A stretch of DNA of 64,000 nucleotides from Callorhinchus milii (lineage: Eukaryota): positions 13,828,001 to 13,892,000 of the forward strand of contig NW_024704742.1 of the NCBI RefSeq assembly GCF_018977255.1, written 5' to 3'. Of this stretch, positions 1 through 12,250 are shown piece after piece. Each line of letters begins with the position of its first letter. The first letter of the stretch is position 1. The notes below the pieces were generated by a model, which saw only the letters and a program-made list of their open reading frames with translations, was not told the DNA's origin and did no database searches. Made by a program: the position numbers and the translations under genes.

Positions 1-504
1 AGATAGTCTTCTGATGTGAATGTATTGTATTGTAATTGATACCTTTAAGGTTCCCTCTCAAGCCACGCAGAGCGATACTGCTGTACCTGTGTTCACCCAC
101 CATCAAGTCATATGAATGACCAAATGAAATGAAGCTCTTTAAGGCAAAGCAGTTCTTTAACTTATTTTTTAAGGAGCTAATTTATGCAATATTGTGGAAA
201 CCCAGTTGTCAGAGTATATCATCTCTCCATTGCATACAGTGTTGAGACACAGTAGCCCCCTGTACCATTCTGTGATCCCCTTTCTTGGAATGTCTCAGAG
301 TCAACTGAAGAGAAAGTTTGGGGCTTCATTCCATGACATTATGTCTGATGCATCGCTCCATCTAGAAAGTGGCAGGTATCTCCAGTGGGGTGTCATCCTC
401 TTCACATAGTGATGTGCATTCTTTAAGAATACATGGCATGCATAAAAATTCAATGAAACCGAATTATATTCTGACAGAATTGATCCATCTCAAGATATTA
501 ACTC

Positions 505-826
505 GTGGAGTCCTGTAGCTCAGTGGTTAGAGCACTCGCTTTGCAAGCGAGAGACCTGAGTTCAATTCCAGGCAGGGCGAAACCTTGGGCAAGTTTCCTT
601 ACTCCACACAGAGCCTAATAATAATCCCTCCAAAAACCCAAAACAATAATAAATTGGTCATTTTCAATCTACGACTGTTTGTGGGACATTGCTGTGCGCA
701 ATTGGCTGCCGCTTTCGCCCACAAATATACAGTCAATTCACTTTACAGTGTATTCTGTGTAGTGCTTTGGGACGTCCTCCCGACGTGAAAAGCGCGATAT
801 CAAATTCAAGGATTATTATTATTATT
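505..826 (+). mobile_element. Full-length young tRNA(Ala)-derived SINE, short variant (CORE-like + Deu-like body, L2-type tail)
   Basis: A box TAGCTCAGTGG at 516-526 and B box GTTCAATTCC at 560-569. Anticodon arm CTCGC-TTTGCAA-GCGAG (TGC). (ATT)n tail. Near-identical copies at 42253, 46885 and 54967. Confidence 0.92.
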
Positions 827-2676
827 AAAATTTACATTTTACCTACGATCCATGGTGATTGTCGTTTAACATAGACAAAATTGCTTTAGCATTTTGCATA
901 TTTACTAATACAAAGGGAGACATCGCACGTTGCTCACAAAAAATAGAACCTTTTCACTATGTCATCCTAATGGAAAATTCTAGTATAAAGAGTCAAGAGT
1001 TTAGTGTCTGCAGTGATCAATGTAGGAAAGCCCGCAAAGACTTCACAATATCCTTGCTTTTGATATAGTGCCCTTCATATCAGGAGAACATCTCAAAGCG
1101 CTTTGATACATTTGTTTTGCATAATTTTTTTTAAGTAGTTGTATGGTGGCACCGCAGACAAGAATATTCCTGGCTCAAACTCCAGTCTGCTCAGTTTATT
1201 GCTTCAATGCTATTCTGTTTGGATAGGCTGAGCAGAGGTAAGTGTCTACCTGCAGAAAGAAACATGGGATGTCATTAGCGAGCTGTTGCAGCATGAATCC
1301 TAGCAGCTAGCTGAGAATGGGTTTGCCAAAGGACTGTTCTGTCATAGAAAATTTAAGCTAAACGTTGCTGCATATCCTTCACCAGAGACCTTTGTGGAGC
1401 CAAAGGTATATCTATAACTGAATATAAATACAACAGTGCATTTATGCTATTTGAATAGGTCAGAAAAGAAGAATCAAAGTAAGGTGAACTCATTAAACAT
1501 TAAGGTGAATTAGCACATACTAATTGCCATGAAATAGAAAATATAGAGTGAGGGGGTGAGAGCGAGGGTTACAAGGCAGGAATTTCACCCACAATTTGTA
1601 CAGTCGATTTGCTTTACAGTATATTCTGTGAAGCGCTTTGAGATGCCTCAAAGATGTTGATGAGGTGCTGTATCAAAATGCAAGGATTGTTATTTTTGCG
1701 ATTTAAAATGTAAGGTGTTTTCCAAGTCAATAACTTTTGGAGAAAATTGGTTCTGTCAATGTGGTCATGTTAGAGACAATTGTTTTTTTTGCATTTCCTG
1801 TAGCTGCATGGGAGATATTGTTGTTAAGATCACTTTCTCTGGCATGTGGATAAAGGAAAGCTGAGTGATTGCCTACCTGAAATCCCAGAATGTACAGCAA
1901 AGCAGCAGACATTTGACCCATTGAGTTTATACTGGTGCTACCTCTTCCACTTAAAGCTTCCATTTTAATCTCAAAGACCTGTTCTTTCGCTGTAACTTTC
2001 CATATTGTTTCTCACTGAATTTTCTGCACATTTGCTCTGCACTCGCTGCTCTGCAAGTAGTCACCTAATGAATTTCCACATAATTATTGAGTGTATGATG
2101 TGTCAAATCTCATCAAAAGCAAGAACAACATCCACTTCACATAATAGGAAAACATCTCAAAAGTGCTTCACAGAGATGGAGTGTGGCTTGTGCTGGGAAG
2201 GCCAGCGAGGAAGACTTTGGAGAAGTCAAGTCTGAAAGTGTGGCTGAGGGGTTTTACTGTGTTGAGGGTGAGGTCGAGATAGAAGTGGATGATGTGGGGA
2301 TAGAGCTAAGCTTTCTTGGTCAAGGACTGAATTAAAAGCTTAAAGGGAAGTTGAGGGTCAAACAAAATGCTGAGATTGTTCATTAATCCTGATCTGCTGG
2401 AGCCACCAGAAGGGGGATTGATACAGTTAGAGCTAAAGATGAGAAGGCACAGTTGTTTTGTTGATTAGAAAACTTTGAACTGTTATTTTTTCCTGGTTGA
2501 TATTATACTGGGTAGAATAATGCTCTGTAAATATATATAGGTATATTTGACAAAGGTTGTTTATGGTTTGTGATCCTCAGTCTTAGAGGATGTTCTTGCA
2601 ATGTGTACTGTTGGCACAAAAAACATTTTATCTTGATAAATAGAGATAAATTGAGATGGGAATATAGTGAATTAGT

Positions 2677-3023
2677 ATAAACAAAACCCAAAATACTGCA
2701 GATGCTGGAAATCTGATACAAAAACAGAAGTCGCTGGGAACGCTCAGCAGGTCAGGCAGCAACTATGGAGAAAGGAAAGTGAGTCAACGTTTCAGGTCCA
2801 TGACCCTTCATCAGAACTGGGGCATGTGGGAGGGAGAGGCTTTTAAGGTCTAATAGAGAAAGGGGAGGCAGAGCAAGGAAGACAAAGGAGAAAATGGGGT
2901 AGAGGCCAGGGGATGATGGGTTAAAGAGGTGTTAAAGATGCAAAACAAAGGGGCGGCAGGGGGGGTGGGGGGGGGGGGGGGGGATTTCAACAAAACAGGG
3001 GAATAGAGGGGTTAATAATGCAA
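2677..3023 (-). mobile_element. Penelope-like (PLE) short terminal-repeat element containing a hammerhead motif
   Basis: Homologous to 30140-30241, 45745-45890 and 61770-62145. Flanked by the 13-bp direct repeat ATAGTGAATTAGT (2664-2676 / 3024-3036). Confidence 0.75.
2782..2818 (-). ncRNA. Minimal type-I hammerhead ribozyme motif, core intact
   Basis: Minus strand reads AGTT-CTGATGA-A-GGGTC-ATG-GACCT-GAAA-CGTT-GACT: conserved cores, stem II, stem I AGUU/GACU, GUU triplet and palindromic AACGTT stem III. Confidence 0.75.
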
Positions 3024-3276
3024 ATAGTGAATTAGTTGTTGGCATATATTTGACTAAATAAAGGAAATGTGAACTGAATCATGCATCTTTTTATTGCTCC
3101 TCAAATCAAAAAAGCATTGACTCTTGTTCAGCTGGTTAAATAAATACATAAATATTAACAAAATGTAGACTGCATCTGATTATTCAGCTAATAAAATCCA
3201 CATTATGATGACAAACTGTACCATATAAACCCAGCTTCAACCCCCATCACCAATGAGGGTCTTTCAGAGAAGAGGA

Positions 3277-3470
3277 CCAACTATTTACATTTATATAGCA
3301 TCCTTCATGTAGGATAGCATCTCAGAGTGCTTTGCTCCGAGGTTTTAAGGTGGAACGAGGAGGGGTAGAAGGAGGGAGTTCCAGAGGTCAAGGGTATAGA
3401 TTCTGAAGGCTCAGCCACCGATAAGCCCGTGGATGGGGGGGAAGGGGAGGAGGGGCGCGCCTCAAGTCCG
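3277..3470 (-). mobile_element. Old L2 LINE 3' fragment
   Basis: Reverse complement of the L2 tail (catttatatagc) and of the 'ctctggaactccct' ORF2-end motif seen at 63590. Confidence 0.6.
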
Positions 3471-3794
3471 AGTTAAATATTTATTTTCCAGCATTGGTGA
3501 AATATGAAATGTACACTGCAATCAGCATACTTGAAAATCCATCTAGATTTTGGGGATTTCAGTGGAAATTCATAGTGGGTTCTTAACCACTTAAGTGGGA
3601 GCTGCATAGTAGCCAAAGGGTTAAGATGATGTGTAGTGCACTGGGGAGGGAGTCAGGAACAGCTGGCTGTGAAACAAGTAAACTGCAGGCAGAATGTAGT
3701 TTTTGAAGTTTTTGAAGCAAGAGTGTGAAAAATATGTAAGGAAAATACCTGTTTAATGACTATCTGAAAGAAGCTTTGTTGACCGTACTAATTC

Positions 3795-4187
3795 CAACTG
3801 ATTCACTATTTGCACTATTAAACCCTCTATTCCCCTGTTTTGTTGAAATCCCCCCGCCCCTTTGTTTTGCATTTTAACACCTCTTTAACCCATCATTAAC
3901 CCTCTTCCAGGCAGAGGGCGAAACCTTGGGCAAGTTTCCTTACTCCACACAGAGCCTAATAATAATCCCTCCAAAACCAAAAACAATAATAAATTGGTCA
4001 TTTTCAATCCATGACTGTTTGTGGGACATTGCTGTGCGCAATTGGCTGCCGCGTTTCGCCCACAAATATACACTCAATTCATTTTACAGTATATTCTGTG
4101 AAGCGCTTTGGGACATCCTCCCGACGTGAAAAGCACTATATCAAATGTAAGGATTATTATTATTATTATTATCATCCCCTGGCCTCT
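3795..4187 (+). repeat. Inverted partial copy of 2901-3038 (PLE fragment), interrupted by a SINE
   Basis: 3795-3896 and 4171-4187 are reverse complements of 2901-3038. Confidence 0.8.
3905..4171 (+). mobile_element. 5'-truncated young SINE
   Basis: Near-identical to 566-826, with an (ATT)n tail. Confidence 0.92.
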
Positions 4188-5139
4188 GTGGATGTGGGAA
4201 TGTAAAGGCTGATCGTATGGGTATGAAGTCTCAGTTCTGCTATTTCATCAGTTTCAAGAAAAATGAATGATGTATCAGCCTCTTGACCAGCATAGTTTTT
4301 TATTCATAGTAATGAAACTCTTAGAAAATACAATAAAATATTTAACATAAAGGTAGAAGGGCAGAATCCAATAATGGGCAGAGTGCTGCATTTCCCAAAC
4401 TATGGTCTTTTTGATATATATTTACATTGTTTTTTCCATTATCTTTGCTTTCCTCTGTTGCAATTTTCAGTTAATCTCTGCTGAATAGTAGGTAACGCAC
4501 AGTAAGTCGATGATTGGTTTCTAAAATATTGAACATACATTGACTGACAATAATGATATGACATTAATATGGATTTGCTGCAGGGTGAACATTACCCACA
4601 GGATCCATTCTACTGTTCTCAGCACAAAATTGATTTGTCTTATAGATACAATTATTTAAAGGAAAAACTAAACAAAAGTAGTTTCTTGAGTTCAAAATGC
4701 AGTTTATAATTGACAGGTACTTTAATGGTAGATTACCTTCTCTGTTCAATTTTAATCTCTCTAGGTATTGTGATATTGTGTTTAAAAAAATATATATTTC
4801 TCCGATGATTGTAGTTTATGTTCATACTGGAATAGATTATATTCCTCATTTATTGTCCACTATTTGTATCAAATACTAACCAGTCTTTCAGATATAGTTT
4901 AGATTAGAATTGTGGGCTAGATGCACCACATAGTGATGCAGCACATAGTACCAATAATCATTGTTTGCATCTTCCACTCTGCACTCAGGGAAGATGTTGA
5001 CTCCATCTCCCCCCACTCCACCCATTGTCTTCAAGACACATGGAACTCAACTAGTTCATCTTTCAATCACCTTGGAAATTTGGATGAATCCGCAGGCTAT
5101 TAAAACATAATAATATTAAATAATATTAAAACAAAATAA

Positions 5140-5322
5140 TACTAAATTGGTCATTTTCAATCCATGACTGTTTGTGCGACACTGCTATGCACAATTGGCT
5201 GCCATGTTTCGCCCACAAATATATGGTCAATTCACTTTACAGCATATTGTGTGAAGTGCTTTGAGACGTCTAGAAGACGTAAAAAGCACTATATCAAATG
5301 CAAGGATTATTATTATGATTAT
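5140..5322 (+). mobile_element. SINE 3' half
   Basis: Deu-like domain plus gcaaggattattatt tail. Confidence 0.85.
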
Positions 5323-6924
5323 AAACTTCGTACTTGGTTCTTGATTTTTTTTCACAAACTTTTCAATCTTAGTGGTGCACTGATTGCTCCTAGACTCTAT
5401 TTTGTTTCTCCTTAAATAAACTGGTAACTTTACAATTAGTTGCAGATACGGTTATGCTTATGGTCATTGAATTTTCCAGTCACATGACCAATGGGGAAAT
5501 AAAGGTAAACACTAAAAAGGATCCATATACCAATTTAATGACTAAATAAATATTGAATACATTCACTCATCCCATTGATGTACAATTCGTTTGCATATTG
5601 TCACTTCGGTGGGAAGCTGTCTGGGGTCAGGAGTGGCCAGTTCATGAGAGAGGAGTGTTAGGATTTCACTCTTGCCAATGAATTCCCAACCTTGGATTTC
5701 AGAGCTGCTGATTCAAGGAGGTTCATTAGCATGCTGGAAACCTAACCGGTACAGTGACGTCCAATAGACTGGAGTAGCATTCGCCCAAGGAATACTCCTT
5801 TGAAGGTGAAGGATGGTAAAGTCTGTGGATGGTTCTTTGGAGGAGCCCTAGAGGGGAATTAGAAACATTCCAGCTCCCAGGAACCAAAAGTCTGGAGAGC
5901 ATCAGGTCCTTCACTGAGGGTGCCCTCGACACATGATCATCCAGATTTTTTTTATATTGGTCCTAAATAAAGTCAATTTCTTTTGTTACCAATCCCATTT
6001 AGAAATTTATACCACAGAATGAGGTCATTCAGCCCATTGTGTCCATAGCTGGCATCGACTTGCTTCTTTTGCAGCCCTCCCATGACTGCTACACTTGATA
6101 CATGTTCAGTCTGATCATTTCTACCATAGGATAAGGAAGACTAACAATATATCTAAAAAATGTAGAAAAATAAAGTTAATTTCTTTTCCCCTCTGTGAAG
6201 CAGCTACACATAAAAATTATCAACTGTGGTCCTGACTCATCTTTCCCTCAGGGTGCCAGTGAAGGAAAGTGACATTTCTTCCTATCCAAATGATAACGCT
6301 ACTAAAGGACTATTCTGTCAGATGTGACATTTACTCGTCAGTGACGGTGCCATGTGTGCTTGCAATTTCTCTTGGAAAGAAAGCTGAATCCCCAGGTGCA
6401 GAAAATATTCTTGGCTGAGAAGTGAGTTGCCATTCTTCATAATGTTAATTCATGTTCTGTACCCTCAATGCTCTCTGGAAAGTGATAAGTGCATAACAGA
6501 AGTATGGTACAAGAAAAGGTTATTCAACTCTCCAACCCTACTCCTTTCAATAGACAATGTAGAGGTTGTACGCCTGGTGAATTGAACCTGACTTCCTTAA
6601 TCTCTCGAGGAGATAAACTCCCCAAATTATTAACTCATAGACTGCTGGCAGGACAACAGAAACTTCAACCATCATGGGACAAACAGTCCTGTACACTTTC
6701 AGTTTTTTTCAGTGTGACCCTGAAGAAATACATTTACAGCAATAAAGTTATTCAAGTAACAAAAACTGAGGTTCTTTCTGCCTCTTCGTAACATTAACGG
6801 TACTGTGACATTATTTAAAAAGAGAGAAGAGAGTTTCTCCTGGCTAACAATCTTCCAAATTAATTAATCACTCACAACTCTCTGTGTGAAACAATGCTTC
6901 CTGACCTCAGCTCCAACTGCCTTG

Positions 6925-7287
6925 TTCTGAATTTATTATGCTTTGTTTTAGCTATGATGAGAGGAGGTATTTGAAAGGAATTGATGGGTTGGATAGCCTT
7001 CCCTCTGGTAGAGGGATCCGTTACAAGGAAGCATAGACTTAAAATCAGAACTAAGATAATGAGAACTGAGATCAGGAAGCATTTTTTCACCCTTAGGGTT
7101 AGAAGGTGTAGAATTAGAAGCTGTAGATAGTGGTGGAATGAATAGGGATTTTTAAAAGCGAGATGAGCAGATACTTGGATGGTAGAAGAAATAAAAGTTA
7201 GGGAAAGGATGGGACATTGGGATTAAAATATCTAATAAACTGGTGGACCAGGCTCGATGGGCTGAATGGCCTCCTCCTGTTTCTGTT
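6925..7287 (+). mobile_element. CR1-clade LINE 3' fragment
   Basis: Degenerate ORF2 C-terminus. 3' end gggctgaatggcctcctcctgtt resembles 54325-54350. Confidence 0.75.
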
Positions 7288-8239
7288 TTTCTTTGTTCCC
7301 ATTTCACTTCATGGCTGCTTGTGAGATTTTACTGTGCACAAAATATTTACCCGTTTGTCTACACAAAACAGTCACTGCACATGACTGCAATTACTGTGAA
7401 GTATTTTGAGACGCCTGGCCTGATAGATGCTGCATTAAAGCATGCAATTTTGTTTTATTGTCTAGATTTTTTGATTATCTAAATCTGTTCGAATACCCAG
7501 AACCTTCAAATCTGCTCTTAACCAGATGTTCACTCAGATCCTATCTAAAGGAATTAATCAATATAGTGTTAACTGCTTTTGCTAGGCGTCCCTTTTACAT
7601 ATCTGCAGGTCTGTGGATATATAAGAAAATGTTTGATTATTTGATCTTACTTGAGGCTTTGCCAGTATTGTGTTCATGTCCTTTAGTTTTGTGGTGGCCC
7701 ATTGACCCTTCATGTGAAGTTTGGTTTACAGTCTTTTTGGCTGGGCAAGTCTGTGCTGTTCAGGCTGTGACACTATCTTTGCTTTTCATAATATTAAGCC
7801 TGGTTCATAGTTTTTTGTCCATCATTTTTTCTCCAATGTAAACCAATTCAATGCTATGCACCCCTCGTAACTTGGGCTCTTATAACTACAGAGCATCTTT
7901 TCGATTGGGACACAGAATTTGTCTTGCTTTCAGCTTTTGTAGTTTCTGATTGGAACAAATGAGACTCGTGTTTCAGGGTCGAGGAAACCATATGATTCAT
8001 AAAACAACTGCTTTTTAATTAAAAAAATTAATTTGAGTAAATATGGCCAATTTCTTAAATTGGAGTATATACAATATATTGAGTAAACATTGAGAGAATT
8101 AAAGTTTGGAAGCCACCTAACCCAAAAAGTACTCTTTTTTGAAGTTCTAAAGTGATCATTTTTAAAACAATTAACTATTGTGTTCAGTCTGAATGAGTCT
8201 ATGCCTGACTAATAAGAGACCAGAGTGAATCCCAGGAAA

Positions 8240-8560
8240 TAGCAGCCTTTTTTTCTGGGTTTCAACCCTCTTGCCCTGCTCTTTGGAACTCCATCCTGGA
8301 GTCCCTACAACTTGCTTCTTCCCTCACCTCATTCAAGGTCCATCTCAAGACGTACCTCTTTGACCGGGCTTTCAGTCATCTTTCCCCTCCCCACCCCACC
8401 CCACTCAGCTTCCACTTTCAGCTTGGGTGTCCAGCCAGTAATGTTAAGCACTTTGGGACATCCTCAAAACCCTGCTAATTCCAACCCCCAGCTCAGGTGG
8501 AAATCCTTGTTGTTGATATCCTCCCAATGTGAAAGGCGCTGTATAAATGTAAATCTGTAA
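8240..8560 (+). mobile_element. L2 LINE 3' fragment
   Basis: ctttggaactcc...ttcaaggtccatctcaagacgtacctctttgacc, ending in the tail tgtgaaaggcgctgtataaatgtaa. Confidence 0.75.
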
Positions 8561-9524
8561 TGTTTTGAAACTGCTGCAGATTCAGTAAAATGAAATGGTC
8601 CACAACATACTTACTTGCCTCGTGGTCATAAATAAGTTGCTTCTTTTCTGTCTTTGTTCATTCTGATGCCCTGTTCCACTTTATCTTCATTTTTTTTGTC
8701 CCTGCGGTGGTATTCTTTTTTAAAATTTAAATTTAGCTCATTCCCTGATGCTTTCATGTGTCCTTGTTAATGTACTTTCTCAAAATCTATGCCACTTTGA
8801 AAACAATTGAAGGAAGATTTCCTGTATCAGATGTGACTTTCTCTTCAAAAGTAAAAAGCATGCCTTATTACTATTCCATTGCTAAAGCCATTGTAACTAA
8901 AGATAATGCTGTTGCCTATTATAAAATAATCTGAAAATTTGATGTATGTCTTTTAATTCAAGAGGATGGCTCAATGCGCTTTACAGGATTTTACTGACTG
9001 ATTTTCAAATCATAAGATTAATTTAGGGTATGTGGACTGTTTATTTCTCTAACCAACAATCCTTATTTATCTCTCAGAAATATGTAAGTGTTTGGCAAAT
9101 GAAAGGACTACTAGACTCTACTGGCACATGAAACACTAGTGACTATCTGGCTCCAAGTTTATGGTGGTTTCAGTAGTCCAGCTCCTGAGCTAGGTGTGTC
9201 CACAGAACTCCAGGGTCTTCCTGATACCAGCTAGTCTAGCTCATTGATGGTACTTGGAAGGACAGACCTGTCAGTGGTGGCATGGATTCTTCGCTCAGCT
9301 CCTGTTAAACTTGCACACCAAAGCCCTAATGGGTAGGTAGTACCAGGGAAGTAGAAACAAGAATCTCACTCAAATCCTCTATTGCATTCTTAGGCTGTCA
9401 CTTTATGAACTGATTTCAGTTCATGTATACAAAACAACTCAATCACGTAGAATTGTAGTAAATAAGAATAGAATAATGCTTGCATCTGTTATAGTGTCAT
9501 ATTTAAAACACAATGTCTCAATCC

Positions 9525-9662
9525 ACGATTGCTGTGCGCAATTGGCTGCCGTGTTTCACCCACAAAATATATGGCCATACAGTATATTCTGTGAAGTGCT
9601 ATGAGACGTCTCAAAGACATAAGGCGCCAAATCAAATGCAAGGATTATTAGTATTATTATTA
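9525..9662 (+). mobile_element. SINE 3' fragment
   Basis: gctgtgcgcaattggctgcc...gcaaggattatta. Confidence 0.85.
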
Positions 9663-10191
9663 AGTGCTACACACACTGATTTAGTTTGAAGTATAGTGAC
9701 TGTTAAACACAGCAGCTGATCTATTCCAGCTGCAACCTAAAACAGCAATGAGATAAATGGCCAAATAATTAGTTTTTGAATAAAGGAGGAATTGACCAAA
9801 GCAATTTAACAAAAAATCATAGCATAACATAACTAAAACATAAACTTCCCCTTTTCACTGAAGGTCAGAAAAGCTTTGATTCTGAATTCCATTACATTCA
9901 AAACTTTATTTTATGTTTTTCTTTCAGAAGTAGGTCGACCTGCTGTGCATTTCCACCACAACCTATTTTTTTCCCCGTCACTCTCCCAGATTTTCAGCAT
10001 TTGTAGTTTTTCTTTTTATCATTATTCTAGGAAGTACATTTGCCTTTGGCTGTTGCGACTGAGAAAATCCTGCTGTAAGGTTTCTGCTCTTGTTTTGTAT
10101 TCATCCCTATCCTGAATTGTTAGGCTTCATTGTTCAGTTTTCTGCCCAATTCAGTGTTTCACCTGTCCGATCTCTGATAACAGAAAACTGT

Positions 10192-10790
10192 GTCAGTCTG
10201 GAGCAGTGGCAGCACTCTCTCTTCTGGAGGTTATGGTTTCAAGCCCACAATGCAGTGCTGGGAGTGTGTTGGATTCTCGGAGATGCTGTCCTTCAGATGA
10301 AACATTAAACTGGAGTCCCATCTGCCTGTTCGGGTGTCTGTTAAAGATCCCATGGCACTAGACAAAAAGAGAAAGGAGGGAAGTCATTTCTCCTGGTTTC
10401 TTGTCCAACAATCACCCCAAATAAAATTGGCCACTCACTCCATGGCTGTTTTTGGGACTTTGCTGTGTGCAACTATTATAATCCTTACATTTGATATAGC
10501 GCCTTATCACATCTTCGAGACATTTCAAAGCACTTCACAGAATATACTGCAAAGTAAACTGACTGCATATTTTGTGGGAGAAAGTATGGCTGTAGATTCA
10601 GTAAAGTGAAACAAAATACACAGTCAATCCACTCTATAGTATATACTGTGAAGCACTTTGAGACGTCTCAACAATGTGAAAGGCGTTGTATCAAATGCAA
10701 GGTTTATTACTATTATATCCCATGAAGCACTTTGAGACATCTCAACAATGTGACAAGGCGCTATATCAAATGCAAGGATTATTATTAACT
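10192..10790. mobile_element. Cluster: SacSINE1-like DeuSINE (+), SINE tail (-) and two tandem SINE tails (+)
   Basis: tRNA-like head plus 'gtccttcagatgaaacattaaac...aaagatcccatggcacta' body to ~10473. Inverted tail at 10475-10595. Tails at 10615-10715 and 10722-10788. Confidence 0.75.
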
Positions 10791-11819
10791 GATGACAGTA
10801 AGACCTTAAATGTTTCAGATACAGAAAGCACTGGATCAATGGTCCATTTGACCATCTATTCAAACATTTATTTTCTCTGATGCCATAAAACTGGCCCAAA
10901 GTTGTTTTTAACAAAGTTGTTGTTAATCTCTTTGAAAGTTTATGATGAGTGAGGCATATATTTCAATCTCCTGCTACTTCCAAGTTGGATTGGGCTGTAC
11001 AAAGGATATGTCAACAGTGAATAACACATCAAAAAAAATTAAAATTAATGTGCATTCAGCTCCTGTGAAGGGAAGAGTCTATTTTAAATAAAACCCATTC
11101 TTTTGTATAGACCATTTTTTCCAATGCAATGAACAAAATAATATTCCTTGCTCATAAATTGTCTCTTTTATTTTAAAAAGTCTGCAATATGTACTGAAGG
11201 TAGTTCCTGTCATTGTTTGGAACTGTCAGCACACAGCTTGACACTGAACAGGACTCTCTTGCTCCCCACTTTTTAAAGCACATCCTAAAAGCCTGCTGTG
11301 ATAACAATCAATGCTCCCATTCTGTGAAATCATGATAGCTGATAGCTTTTGTGCTGTGGTTGTTAACCCTACTGGTTCTGAATAAATGCCGCATTCATCC
11401 ACTAGCCCACTAAATATGTTTTGTGTATGTCCCTGGGGAGAATATAGAAAATTTAGTTTGAGAATTGGTGTGTTCAATTATTATGATGCAGCACATATGT
11501 CCTATTTCAGAATGATTGCAAGGCAGTAATTTAATCATAAACCACAGAGCATCCTATGATTGCTTCATGAATTGCATCATTCAATTCCCTGGAATGTGTT
11601 ATTTAATATTTTTGCTTTATTCAACTTTAGATCATGTCTTTTGTTACTGATAATCAGTGTCAGTGTGAATGCTGGATGTTGTATTCAATGTACAGTTACT
11701 GGGGGACTGAAGCATCCTCAATGCTGGTTCCTTGAGAAATATTCTAAAGAAATATGCAAATCAAATATGGAGGAGATATTACATAGCAAATAATAGACAA
11801 TAGGTAATTAAAAACACTA

Positions 11820-12250
11820 CATAATAATCCTTGTATTTCATTTAGCACCTTATCACAAGATCAGAGCATCACAACATCAGAAGGGGTTCACAATATTTTC
11901 CGCAACATGTGGTGACTTTGTATTTGCAGTCAAATGCAACAGTCAATTTGAGCACAGCCATGTCCCACACACAGCCATGAAGTAAATTATCAGTTACATC
12001 CAGGGATTGTTAGACAAGACATGGGAGAAACTCTCTTTGCTTTTCGAATGGTGCCATGGGATCTTTAACAAGTAATTTAGGAAAATATTGCAAGTCACGC
12101 ATCTCTAACAATGTTTCTCTTCCCCAAGGGTTGCACTGAAGTGCCAACCTAAACTATGAGCTCAAATGGGGCTGGAACCCCCAGCCAACATGGGGCTGGA
12201 ACCCCCAACCTTCTCACTCAGAAAGTACGAGCTGTTGAGTTAGCCTAACA
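11820..12250 (-). mobile_element. Old SacSINE1-like DeuSINE
   Basis: Reverse complement of tail, Deu domain (tcccacacacagccatgaag), gtgccatgggatcttt and head (aacccccaaccttctcactcaga). Contains a 24-bp internal tandem duplication at ~12166-12210. Confidence 0.7.

Noticed and set aside
505..580. tRNA-Ala(TGC) gene
   Set aside because: The acceptor stem is poor, there is no oligo-T terminator, and it continues into a SINE body present in many copies.
585..874. Recurrent small ORFs (MGKFPYST..., ...KCKDYYYY) resembling a gene family
   Set aside because: They are translations of SINE copies; the poly-Tyr/Ile comes from the (ATT)n tail.
1130..1243. Perfect donor AG|GTAAGT at ~1237
   Set aside because: No convincing upstream acceptor or recognisable reading frame; such 8-mers occur by chance in 64 kb.
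5610..5935. GC-elevated island with a 68-aa ORF
   Set aside because: No recognisable motif or second copy; I cannot assign it.
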